The notes below the pieces were generated by a model that was not told where the DNA came from, did not search any database, and saw only the letters and a list, made by a program, of their open reading frames with translations. From Candidatus Bipolaricaulia bacterium (GTDB taxonomy: Bacteria; Bipolaricaulota; Bipolaricaulia; RBG-16-55-9), in assembly GCA_042219045.1 (NCBI GenBank), contig JBDGQO010000009.1:17763-46532 (forward strand): DNA of 28,770 bases, in the 5' to 3' direction. This document shows, one piece after another, positions 9,312 through 17,549 of this stretch. Numbering within the stretch: the first letter of the stretch is position 1; each line of letters starts with the position of its first letter. Both the position numbers and the translations under genes were made by a program.

Positions 9312-9521
9312 TCAGTTGTTGCCCGAAATCGACATCCAGCTCTGGTAGTTGCGTTCCTTCTGATCCTTCAGGGTCGTGCCCTTGCGGGCTTGCCGGACGT
9401 TTTTCCTGCGCTTCTTCATGTTTTTGTGGTGATATCCGCTTTTCTTGGATCGGATCTTGCCGTTCTTGGACATTTTGAACCGCTTGGCCATGCCGCTGTG
9501 TTTTTTCTGCTTGCGTGCCAT
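9312..9521 (-). CDS. rpmI: 50S ribosomal protein L35
   Basis: Basic 69-aa protein (KHSGMAKRFKMSKNGKI...HHKNMKK) between infC and rplT; SD GGAGGAGGAG. Confidence 0.92.
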   Translation of the reverse strand: MARKQKKHSGMAKRFKMSKNGKIRSKKSGYHHKNMKKRRKNVRQARKGTTLKDQKERNYQSWMSISGNN

Positions 9522-9550
9522 GCTCCTCCTCCGTCGGGCATCGGCGCGAG

Positions 9551-10069
9551 TCAGTCTCCGCTCTTGTCGGAGTCGGGAATAATCATCATCTGTAGCGCAC
9601 GACCGCGTTGGGTCGGGCCGGACTCCACGCGCCCGACGTCCTGGACCTCCTCTTTGAGGCGCTCGAGCATCTCCCGGCCGCGATCCATGTGGACGATCTC
9701 GCGGCCGCGGAAGGTCATCGTGACCCGGACTCGGTCTTCTCCCTTGAGGAAGCGCTTGATGTGCCGAATCTTGGTGTCGAAGTCGTGATCGTCGATTCGG
9801 GACGTCAAGCGCATTTCCTTCAGCTGTTGGGATTTCTGCTGCTTGCGCTGTTTCTTCTCCTGGCGGTACTTGTACTTGCCGTAGTCGACGATCTTGCAGA
9901 CCGGCGGATCCGCCTGAGGGGCGACCTCGACAAGGTCAAGCCCTTGATCCTTCGCCTTTTGGAGAGCGTCCTGGATCGACATGATGCCGACCTGCTCACC
10001 GTTGGGGTCAACGACGCGCACCTCGTCGACGCGAATGCCCTCGTTGACCCGTGGAGACCCTTTAGCGAT
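9551..10069 (-). CDS. infC: Translation initiation factor IF-3, predicted ATC start codon
   Basis: NEGIRVDEVRVV, LDLVEVAPQADPPVCKIVDYGKYKY, IDDHDFDTK, FRGRE. SD GAGGAGGT (10081-10074) precedes an in-frame ATC at 10069. Confidence 0.95.
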   Translation of the reverse strand: MAKGSPRVNEGIRVDEVRVVDPNGEQVGIMSIQDALQKAKDQGLDLVEVAPQADPPVCKIVDYGKYKYRQEKKQRKQQKSQQLKEMRLTSRIDDHDFDTKIRHIKRFLKGEDRVRVTMTFRGREIVHMDRGREMLERLKEEVQDVGRVESGPTQRGRALQMMIIPDSDKSGD

Positions 10070-10125
10070 ACCTACCTCCTCAAAAAGCGTGTAGAATTCG
10101 ATGTGCGGGTTGCACGACGCGGAGC

Positions 10126-10154
10126 AAGATAGCACATCCCCTGACGGCTGTCAA
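10126..10154 (-). promoter_or_regulatory. Sigma70-type promoter of the infC operon
   Basis: TTGACA (10154-10149) - 17 nt - TATCTT (10131-10126), with extended -10 TGn. Confidence 0.75.
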
Positions 10155-10260
10155 CTCGCACCAGAACCCGTTTCTTCGCGCTGCACCCCTCGTCCGTGCC
10201 GTGGCCCGATCGGCACCGTGCCGACCCACCCGAACCGGGCATATCTCACGCATCATAACG

Positions 10261-11547
10261 CTAGTCGGGCTGATATTCGAATTCGAGCCCGGCCAAGTGG
10301 ACGGGGTCCCCCTCTTGGGCCCCTTCACGGCGCAGCGCGGCAAAGACCCCGAGTTCGTCGAGTTGATCCTGGAGATAGGCCACGGCATCCGGCTCGTCGA
10401 CGTTGAGCCGGGCGAGGCGCTCGACTTCTGGGCCCTCGACGATGAACCCGTCCTCGTCCCGTATGACGCGCACCGTCGGCTCGGCCGGCTCGGGTTGATA
10501 GACCTGGGGCTCGGGCTCTGGAACGGGCTCGGGGCCCGCCTCCGACTGCTCCTCCATCATGCGCAATGTCCGCTCGCACGCCTGAATAACTTCGGAAAGC
10601 CCCTCGCGCTGGACGGCCGAGACGAAGATCGGCTCGATGTCGAGGTCCCGAAATCGTCGCTCAATTCGAGCCCGCGCAGTTTCATCCATGAGGTCGATCT
10701 TGTTGCCCACGACGATCTGGGGCTTGTCGACGAGCTGTGGCGCAAACGCCTCGAGCTCCGCGTTGAGCGTATGGTAGTCCTCGATCGGATCGCGATCCTC
10801 CCAGCCCGACGCGTCGATGACATGAACGAGCACCTGTGTGCGCTCCACGTGCTTGAGAAACCGATCGCCCAGCCCCTTGCCGCCGTGGGCGCCGGAGATG
10901 AGCCCGGGAATGTCGACGATGACGAAGTCGCGCTCATCGTCGATCTTGACCGTTCCGAGATGGGGCGCGAGCGTCGTAAACGGGTACGCGGCGATCTTGG
11001 GCTGCTTGTTCGTGAACGTCGACAACAGCGTCGATTTGCCGGCGTTCGGCACCCCGACAAGTCCAACGTCGGCCAGGATCTTCAGCTCCAGCTTCACCCA
11101 AAGCTCTTCGCCGGGCTCGCCCTTCTCGTAGATATGCGGCGCTTGCCGAGTGGAGCTTTTGAAATGGACGTTGCCACGGCCTCCCTCGCCGCCGTGGGCG
11201 AGCTTGACCTTCTGCTTGGGCTGCTGCAGGTCGGCGAGGACTTCCTGGGTGTGGAGTTGCTTGACGACCGTGCCCACCGGCACGTCGACGACCATCGGCT
11301 TCCCCTTGCGACCGCGGCGGTCGTTCGAGGCCCCCCTCTGGCCGCGCTCCGCCTTCCAGTGGATCTGCTCGGTGAACTTCTGCAGCGTCCGGATCTTCGG
11401 GTTGGCCCGCAGGATCACGTCGCCGCCATCGCCGCCGTCGCCGCCGTCTGGGCCGCCCTTAGGGCGGTGTTTCTCCCGGCGGAAGCTCATGGAGCCGTGG
11501 CCGCCCGGACCGGAAACGAGGCAGATTTTGGCCTCATCAATGAACAT
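10261..11547 (-). CDS. obgE: GTPase ObgE/CgtA with C-terminal OCT-type domain
   Basis: MFIDEAKI, FRREK..PKGGPDGGDGGDGG, GVPNAGKST, YPFTTL, DIPG, NKID; C-terminal GVFAALRREGAQEGDPVHLAGLEFEY. Confidence 0.97.
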   Translation of the reverse strand: MFIDEAKICLVSGPGGHGSMSFRREKHRPKGGPDGGDGGDGGDVILRANPKIRTLQKFTEQIHWKAERGQRGASNDRRGRKGKPMVVDVPVGTVVKQLHTQEVLADLQQPKQKVKLAHGGEGGRGNVHFKSSTRQAPHIYEKGEPGEELWVKLELKILADVGLVGVPNAGKSTLLSTFTNKQPKIAAYPFTTLAPHLGTVKIDDERDFVIVDIPGLISGAHGGKGLGDRFLKHVERTQVLVHVIDASGWEDRDPIEDYHTLNAELEAFAPQLVDKPQIVVGNKIDLMDETARARIERRFRDLDIEPIFVSAVQREGLSEVIQACERTLRMMEEQSEAGPEPVPEPEPQVYQPEPAEPTVRVIRDEDGFIVEGPEVERLARLNVDEPDAVAYLQDQLDELGVFAALRREGAQEGDPVHLAGLEFEYQPD

Positions 11548-11693
11548 GATGGGTGACCGACCTCAATCGATGCGTTGGTGAAGTGGAGTTGGGCCCGAAG
11601 TTCGCCTCGGGGAGTGCGTTGAGCGAGCCCCGTCGATTGGATGAGATGTCTCCGTTCAGCTCATCAGTGACGGGCGGTCGCGGTGGGGAGCAA

Positions 11694-11927
11694 CTAGACG
11701 ACGTTGACGAATCGGCCCTGGAACTCGACCTCGCCCTCGCGCTTGGCGAAGAGCGTGTCATCGCGGCCGATGCCGACGCCCACCCCGGGCTTGAACTTCG
11801 TTCCGCGCTGCCGCACGAGGATCTCGCCGATCTTGACCTCATGGCCGCCGAAGCGCTTGACGCCGAGTCGCTTCGAGTGGCTATCGCGCCCGTTTTTGGT
11901 GCTGCCCATGCTTGTCTTATGGGCCAT
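11694..11927 (-). CDS. rpmA: 50S ribosomal protein L27, short form without N-terminal extension
   Basis: [50 protein letters not shown]; an in-frame TGA lies 6 codons upstream of the ATG. Confidence 0.96.
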   Translation of the reverse strand: MAHKTSMGSTKNGRDSHSKRLGVKRFGGHEVKIGEILVRQRGTKFKPGVGVGIGRDDTLFAKREGEVEFQGRFVNVV

Positions 11928-11979
11928 GGTGACTCCCTCCTTTCAAGTTGGGTGACCCTCGAGCTGGATCGGTTGGCGA

Positions 11980-12321
11980 TCAGACGCTGACCTGGGCGGT
12001 CGTGTCCTTGACGGTCACGTAGTCGCCGTACTTGCGCTCGATCTCGTAAAGCCCCAACAGCATCGTCTCGAGGACGGCGTCGATCTCGCGGTTGAGGAGC
12101 TGATCGCGCTTCAAGCGGAGCACCCACTCGTCCAGCTCGTTCTCGATCTCCGGGTCGAGCTTGAGGTAGCGCTCCAAGCCGACCTTGGCCGTGTGCAACA
12201 GCGTCGTCACGCTCACCTCGGCCGCGAGCAGATCCGAGTCCGTCTCCTCGTCGTCGGAGCCGACCCAGCGGATCTCGCGAATGCGCTGGTCCTCGTCGCG
12301 ACTGATGTCAACCTGAATCAT
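11980..12321 (-). CDS. Prp (YsxB, ribosomal-processing cysteine protease) homolog lacking the catalytic His and Cys
   Basis: 113 aa between rplU and rpmA, ATGA overlap with the rplU stop. Prp-like termini MIQVDI... and LETMLLGLYEIERKYGDYV. Has GS instead of GH and DLLAA instead of DIVCA. Confidence 0.8.
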   Translation of the reverse strand: MIQVDISRDEDQRIREIRWVGSDDEETDSDLLAAEVSVTTLLHTAKVGLERYLKLDPEIENELDEWVLRLKRDQLLNREIDAVLETMLLGLYEIERKYGDYVTVKDTTAQVSV

Positions 12322-12638
12322 AATTGAATCTCGTGAATTTGGCTCTGGGTGTAGCGCTGACGGTGGCCCATCTTGCGCCGCTGCCGCTGCTTGCGCTTGT
12401 ACGTGAGGACGGTGATTTTGTCGCCCTTGAACTCCTCGTCGACCGTGCCGAGGACTTGCGCGCCATCGACATAAGGCTGGCCGATGTGGATCTCGTCCCC
12501 GTTGCGCACAAACAGCACGCGGTCGAAGACGACCTCGTCTCCCGCGTCGTGATCCGGCAGCCGCTCGGTGATGAGCGGCTCGCCCTCTTCGACACGGTAT
12601 TGCTTGCCGCCGGTTTCTACTAGTGCGTACTTCGCCAT
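12318..12638 (-). CDS. rplU: 50S ribosomal protein L21
   Basis: YALVETGGKQYRVEEG, IGQPYVDGA, KGDKI..YKRK...KMGHRQRYT. Confidence 0.97.
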   Translation of the reverse strand: MAKYALVETGGKQYRVEEGEPLITERLPDHDAGDEVVFDRVLFVRNGDEIHIGQPYVDGAQVLGTVDEEFKGDKITVLTYKRKQRQRRKMGHRQRYTQSQIHEIQL

Positions 12639-12677
12639 GATTCGTCGTCACCTTGTTCGTCCGTCGGGTAGACGCGC

Positions 12678-12706
12678 ATTGTATCCGAGCCCCAAGGGCC
12701 TTTCAA
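12678..12706 (-). promoter_or_regulatory. Sigma70-type promoter of rplU-prp-rpmA-obgE
   Basis: TTGAAA (12706-12701) - 17 nt - TACAAT (12683-12678). Confidence 0.75.
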
Positions 12707-12717
12707 CACGACCCCGA

Positions 12718-14391
12718 CTAGGCGTCGGGCGTCTGCTTGGCCTGGACGATCGCCTCATATCGCTCCTGCAGCTCCGCGACGTCGATCTTCTCCAACAGCC
12801 GCTCCGTGTCCCCCAACGTGACCGTGTCTTCGTGGGGTTGGCCCACCTCGTGGAGCGAGGGGGATCGCAAGCCGAGCACCCGATAGCTGCGCTGGGCGAA
12901 CGACGGCACGAAGGGCTCGAGCAGAATCGCCAAGGCCTTGACGAGCTCGTAGGCGCTGCGCATGGCGTCGGGATTGTGCGACTCCCACGGCTTCTGTGAC
13001 TGGACGAACTCGTTGCCGACGACCGCCAATTCGCCGATCTCGCGGATCGCCGGCGCAAGCTGACCCGATTCGATGGCCTCGGTGTACTTCCGCCGGGTGT
13101 CCTCGATGGCCGACTGGACCTTGGGGTCGATCTCGGTCAACTCAAGCGCCCCACCGTAGCGGCCATTGGTCAGCGACGCGACGCGATACATCAGGTTGGC
13201 GATGTTGTTGACGAAGACGCCGTTGATGGCTTTGTCGAGGTCTTCCCAACTGAAGTTGATGTCCCGGTTCTCCGGCCGGAACATGAACAGATAAAAGCGC
13301 CAATATTCGCTGGACAACAGCTCCAAGGCCTCGTGGCCGTAGAGACCGACTTTGCGCGTTTTGGAAAACTGTTGGCCGCCGATCCAGTTGAGATATTCCG
13401 TGGCCGAGATCTGGTCCGGCAGGTGGTAATCCATGCCGGACGAAAGCAACTGCGCGGGGAAAAAGACCGTGTGGAACGGGATGTTGTCCTTGCCTTGGGT
13501 GTAGACGTGCTTGACCGAGCCGTCCTTGTGGTCCTCCAGCCAGTACGGCTTCCACCCCTCGGGATCGCCCGTCTCCTCGAAATACTGGATCGTGGCGGAC
13601 ACGTACCCGAGCGCCGCCTCGGCCCACACGTAGAGCACTTTGCCCTCTGCTCCCTTGAAGGGAGCGGGAATGCCCCACTCGAGGTCGCGCGTCACGGCCC
13701 GCGGCTGCAGGCCCTCGTTGAGAAGATTCTGCGTGAACGCCGCCACGTTGGCGCCGAAGTCCGTGCCGCCGACAAAGTCCTGCAACTGGGATTCGAGTTG
13801 GGGCAGATCGAGGTACCAGTGCCGGGTCGTTCGGAACGTGATCGTCTTCTGGCCGCAGACGCGGCAGTGCGGATCGCCCAGTTCCTCCGGTTCCAACAGC
13901 GCCCCGCAATCGTCGCATTGGTTGCCGTAGGCGTCCGTCGAGCCGCACTTGGGGCACGTCCCCTGGATGTAGCGATCGGCGAGGAAGAGCGCGTCGGACG
14001 TGCAGTAGGCCCGGTCCTCCTCGTGGCTGGAAATGTAGCCGTTCGCCTCCGCGCGACGGTACAGGTCCTGCGAGAAGCGATAGTGCGTGGATGCCTCGGT
14101 CGTGGTGTAGAACATGTCGATTTGGAATCGCTCAATCAGATCGACGATCTGCTCGTGGACTTCCTGGTAGAGCTCCGCCGGGGATCGACCCTGCTGACGG
14201 GCCTCGAATTCGACGTTCGTGCCGTGGGCGTCCGAGCCGCTGACGTGGAGCGCGTCGGCCCCCTTGAGGCGATAGTAGCGCATGAAGACGTCTCCCGAGA
14301 GCAAGGAGCCAATCAGATTGCCCAGATGGGGAATGCTCGACGCGTACGGCCATGCGCTGCAGACCAAGACCTTATCGGCGCTCAGTGCCAT
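12718..14391 (-). CDS. metG: Methionine--tRNA ligase, short form without C-terminal dimerisation domain
   Basis: SAWPYA..PHLGN (HIGH), SGSDAHGT, Zn knuckles CTSD/CPKC/CDDC/CRVC, TRDLEWGIP, LYVWAEA, GKDNIPFH, QFSKT (KMSKS), anticodon-domain KPW. Exact start is uncertain. Confidence 0.95.
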   Translation of the reverse strand: MALSADKVLVCSAWPYASSIPHLGNLIGSLLSGDVFMRYYRLKGADALHVSGSDAHGTNVEFEARQQGRSPAELYQEVHEQIVDLIERFQIDMFYTTTEASTHYRFSQDLYRRAEANGYISSHEEDRAYCTSDALFLADRYIQGTCPKCGSTDAYGNQCDDCGALLEPEELGDPHCRVCGQKTITFRTTRHWYLDLPQLESQLQDFVGGTDFGANVAAFTQNLLNEGLQPRAVTRDLEWGIPAPFKGAEGKVLYVWAEAALGYVSATIQYFEETGDPEGWKPYWLEDHKDGSVKHVYTQGKDNIPFHTVFFPAQLLSSGMDYHLPDQISATEYLNWIGGQQFSKTRKVGLYGHEALELLSSEYWRFYLFMFRPENRDINFSWEDLDKAINGVFVNNIANLMYRVASLTNGRYGGALELTEIDPKVQSAIEDTRRKYTEAIESGQLAPAIREIGELAVVGNEFVQSQKPWESHNPDAMRSAYELVKALAILLEPFVPSFAQRSYRVLGLRSPSLHEVGQPHEDTVTLGDTERLLEKIDVAELQERYEAIVQAKQTPDA

Positions 14392-14419
14392 CACCTCAAA
14401 TGTGGGGAAAGATGGATCT

Positions 14420-14448
14420 ACGATAGCAAATGGCTCACTGGCTGGCCA
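14420..14448 (-). promoter_or_regulatory. Possible metG promoter
   Basis: TGGCCA - 17 nt - TATCGT with extended -10 TGn. Confidence 0.35.
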
Positions 14449-14456
14449 ACGGAGAC

Positions 14457-15851
14457 TCAGGCGTCGACCGACAGCGTCGCTTGCTCATGAGGACGGCGCT
14501 TCAGCCCGAGCGCCAACAGGGCTAACAACAAGGCCACGAGGGCCGTCACTCCATAGGCCAACTGATAGCCGCCCAGGCCGCCGCCATGGGAATCGATCAC
14601 GGCTCCAATGACCGCGCCGCTTGCGAGCATGCCGATTCGGGTCAGCATGCTGATTGCGCCTTGGGCGGACGCGCGATCGTCGGCCGACGCCTCGCCGAGC
14701 ATGATGTAGCGCAGCGGTGCCCCTACGAGGCTGGACAGCCCCAATCCTACGACGATCATGGATATGTAAAAGCCGGCCAGTCGATCGCCCACGGCGGCGA
14801 CGCCCCCGAGCCCGAGCGACAACAACGCCGTTCCGACCAGGATCACCCAGCGCGAGCCGACCGCGTCCAGGGCCCGGCCCAACAACGGAGCGCCGATCGC
14901 CAGGGCGACGACCACGGGCGCCAACATGAACGCCGCCGTCGAGCTCGTGACGCCGTAGACCGTCACCAGAAGCCCCGGCACGAAGACGAGGGCGCCTTCG
15001 AAAAAGCCCGCGCCGATCGCAAGCAGGCCGGCCAGTTGGGATTGACGCGTGCGGAACAGCCGTGGGGCCAGGACCGGATCGGCCATGCGACGCTCCAGCG
15101 CAACGAACACGGGGACGAGCACGGCCCCGACCAGCAAGAATGGCCCGATCTCCGCCGACGTTACGCTGTCAATTAGGTTCTGCGTGTCGAGCTGATCGAG
15201 CGCGTAGGTCAGACCGGCAAGGGCCGCGCCGAGCGTCAGCATGCCCAGCCAGTCGAACGGGCTCGGGGTCGCTTCGTGCCGGGTCGGCAGCAGCCGCCAG
15301 CCAGCGCCAATGAGGCCCGCCGCGATGGGCAGATTGATGAGAAAGAGCCAGCGCCAACCGAGCATCAGTAGCGCGCCGCTCAGAATGGGCCCGATCAGAA
15401 ACGCAATCCCGAAGACCGCGCCCAACAGCCCGAGCGCGCGGCCGCGACGCTCGGGCGGGAACGTGTCGCCGATGACGGCGCTGGCGACGGGAAAGATGCC
15501 GCCGGAGCCGAGGCCCTGCACGGCCCGGCCGAGCAGCAGGGTGGCAAACGATGGGGCCGTCGCAACGAGCAATGAGCCGACCGCAAACAGCGTCACGTCG
15601 AGAATGTAGATCGAGCGCCGGCCGAAGCGATCGGCCAACTTGGCCATGAGCGGGGTGCCGACAAGGTTGAACAGCACGTAGATCGTAAAAATCCAGGCCA
15701 GCCCGCGTTCGCCGACGCCGAAGGTCGCCTGGAGCGTGGGCAACACCGGACCGATGATGGCGATGTCGAGCGCGCCCATCAGGACGCCGACAAACAGGAG
15801 AATCAGCAGGCGTCGCTGCGTCTGTTGATCGGCCGGGCTTGCCTCAACCAT
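14457..15851 (-). CDS. MFS transporter, DHA2/14-TMS drug:H+ antiporter-like
   Basis: MGALDIAII, motif A AKLADRFGRR, GRAVQGLG, antiporter motif GAVFGIAFLIGPILSG, WRWLFLINLP, FDWLG. Confidence 0.9.
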   Translation of the reverse strand: MVEASPADQQTQRRLLILLFVGVLMGALDIAIIGPVLPTLQATFGVGERGLAWIFTIYVLFNLVGTPLMAKLADRFGRRSIYILDVTLFAVGSLLVATAPSFATLLLGRAVQGLGSGGIFPVASAVIGDTFPPERRGRALGLLGAVFGIAFLIGPILSGALLMLGWRWLFLINLPIAAGLIGAGWRLLPTRHEATPSPFDWLGMLTLGAALAGLTYALDQLDTQNLIDSVTSAEIGPFLLVGAVLVPVFVALERRMADPVLAPRLFRTRQSQLAGLLAIGAGFFEGALVFVPGLLVTVYGVTSSTAAFMLAPVVVALAIGAPLLGRALDAVGSRWVILVGTALLSLGLGGVAAVGDRLAGFYISMIVVGLGLSSLVGAPLRYIMLGEASADDRASAQGAISMLTRIGMLASGAVIGAVIDSHGGGLGGYQLAYGVTALVALLLALLALGLKRRPHEQATLSVDA

Positions 15852-15854
15852 CAG

Positions 15855-16583
15855 TCAGCTTGTCGGCGGCGTCCGATCGCGTTGGGGCTCGGGGCTCGTC
15901 TCGATCAGCCGCTGCGCCGAGTGCTCGCGGACGATCGTCTGGACTGTGCCCCAGCGGGTTCGGACACATGCGGGGAACGATCGGTGCGCCGCGTACCAGT
16001 CGTTCAGGAAGCGCTTTGTTTTGGGGTCGGCCGGGTAGCCGCTGCCGAAGTCGCCGTAGAGGGCGTGGAGCCGCTCGATGGCCGCGTCGCGATAGGCTTT
16101 CGCCAGGATCGAGGCGGCGGCCACAACGGGATAGTTGGCGTCGGCCCGGTTTTCGGCGGTGATCGCCATCTGAGGCGAGGGGCAGCGCTGCCGAAGCATC
16201 GCCACGAACGACGGAATGGCCCTCGGCCCGACCGGCGCGTCGAGGTAGAGCGCATCGGGCGCGAGTTCGCTCGCGGCGTGGGCGATCGCGCTCATCTCCA
16301 CGGCGTTGAGATTGCCCGCCAGTTGGCGGGGAGCGAAGGCGAGGATCCGGGTGTCCATCGCGATCGCTCGGATATCCTCGACCATCGATCGGCGCCGTTG
16401 GGCGGACAGCGCTTTGGAGTCGCGAACCCCGAGGTCGGTCAACTGGGCCTCTGAGGCCGGAGCGATCAGCACGCCGGCCACGACGAGCGGCCCGATGGCC
16501 GGTCCTCGCCCGGCCTCATCGATGCCCAAGCGGGTGGCGGGCTCGGCATCGATCGACGCGGCGGCGACGGTGGATGGTGCCAT
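15855..16583 (-). CDS. rnhB: Ribonuclease HII, archaeal/eukaryotic-like
   Basis: GIDEAGRGPAIGPLVVAG, GVRDSKAL, LYLD, RADANYPVVAAASILAK, GSGYPADPKT, VRTRW. Confidence 0.93.
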   Translation of the reverse strand: MAPSTVAAASIDAEPATRLGIDEAGRGPAIGPLVVAGVLIAPASEAQLTDLGVRDSKALSAQRRRSMVEDIRAIAMDTRILAFAPRQLAGNLNAVEMSAIAHAASELAPDALYLDAPVGPRAIPSFVAMLRQRCPSPQMAITAENRADANYPVVAAASILAKAYRDAAIERLHALYGDFGSGYPADPKTKRFLNDWYAAHRSFPACVRTRWGTVQTIVREHSAQRLIETSPEPQRDRTPPTS

Positions 16584-16611
16584 TGAAGCCCTCACACCGA
16601 GGGTATACAAT
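16583..16611 (+). promoter_or_regulatory. Sigma70-type promoter of rnz
   Basis: TTGAAG (16583-16588) - 17 nt - TACAAT (16606-16611). Confidence 0.65.
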
Positions 16612-16683
16612 AGCGCATCCTCGGGCAATTCTGATGGGATGATCCATGCGCAGATCGCCGACGCGCAACGATAGGCTCTGGCC

Positions 16684-17529
16684 ATGAAGTTCCTCGTCTA
16701 CTCCAAGGGCTTGTACGCGACGTGGGTCTACTATGCGCCCGATCGGCTGGCGTTCGACGCCGGCGAGGGCCTGAGCAGCATCCTGGGCAACAAGTGCTTT
16801 GCCATTCAGCGGGTCTTTCTCTCCCACGGCCACGCCGATCACATTTCGGGGCTCATCGGGTTGATCAACATCCGCAATACGGCCATGGGCGACACGGACA
16901 AGCCCTTGACGATCTATTACCCGAAGGACAACTGGCGAATTTTGGAACTGATCGCCTACATCGCCCGCACGAACGCCAAACTCGATTACGATCTCGACTG
17001 GATCCCGCTTGAGCCCGGCGATCGCATCACCGTGTTCGAAGGCCAGCTCGACCGTTACGTGGAGGCGTTTGAGACCGTGCACGCCCGAGGAGAGCTGTCG
17101 CTCGGCTACAACGTCGTCGAGCTACGCCAACGCCTCCGAGACGAGCATCAATCGCTGACCCAGGACGAGATCGCCGCGCTTGTCCGAGAGCGCGGCCGAG
17201 AGGCCATCACAACGACGTATCCGAAGAATCTCGTCTCCTACGGCGGCGACTCCCGCGCGATCGATCCGGCCAAGATCCGCGACACGGACGTGCTCTTCCA
17301 CGACGCGACGTTCCTGGAGGAGGCGGATCGCGAGACGCCGACGCACGCCACCCTCGACGAGGCCATCGAGGTCGCCCGCGACGCGAACGTCCAGGAGACG
17401 CTCTACCCGTTCCATCTGTCCTCGCGCTATCGGCCCGAATTGGAGACGTACGAAGCCTACGTGGCCAAGCTGAATCACGGATTTGACATCCATCTGGTGC
17501 CACCGGGCAAGATCTCTCGCTACGACTGA
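16684..17529 (+). CDS. rnz: tRNase Z (RNase Z), Thermotoga-type
   Basis: SKGLYATWVYY..DRLAFDAGEG, HGHADHISG, NIRNTAMGDTDKPL, short flexible arm RQRLRDEHQSLTQDEIAALVRERG, GD, HDATF, H.SSRY. Collinear with T. maritima tRNase Z as recalled. Confidence 0.87.
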   Translation: MKFLVYSKGLYATWVYYAPDRLAFDAGEGLSSILGNKCFAIQRVFLSHGHADHISGLIGLINIRNTAMGDTDKPLTIYYPKDNWRILELIAYIARTNAKLDYDLDWIPLEPGDRITVFEGQLDRYVEAFETVHARGELSLGYNVVELRQRLRDEHQSLTQDEIAALVRERGREAITTTYPKNLVSYGGDSRAIDPAKIRDTDVLFHDATFLEEADRETPTHATLDEAIEVARDANVQETLYPFHLSSRYRPELETYEAYVAKLNHGFDIHLVPPGKISRYD

Positions 17530-17549
17530 TGCTGGGCAAGGTGCTCTGA

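Noticed and set aside
10204..10240. Palindrome TCGGCAC-C-GTGCCGA (10210-10224) after obgE
   Set aside because: Single copy without a U-tract; cannot distinguish operator, terminator or chance.
10082..10260. Firmicutes-type L20 leader upstream of infC
   Set aside because: The predicted promoter leaves only about 50 nt of leader, with no terminator/antiterminator structure.
3691..11556. Long antisense ORFs (3691-4596, 6010-7416, 10201-11556 and similar ones elsewhere)
   Set aside because: They are shadows of well-supported genes on the opposite strand, expected at high GC, and carry no recognisable motifs.
11629..11674. CTGATGAG in the rpmA-obgE spacer (minus strand) resembling a hammerhead core
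   Set aside because: No downstream GAAA core segment; GATGAG simply pairs with CTCATC in an ordinary stem-loop.
11980..12651. 223-aa ORF overlapping rplU
   Set aside because: The first 110 codons are an off-frame overlap of rplU; the real gene starts at ATG 12321.
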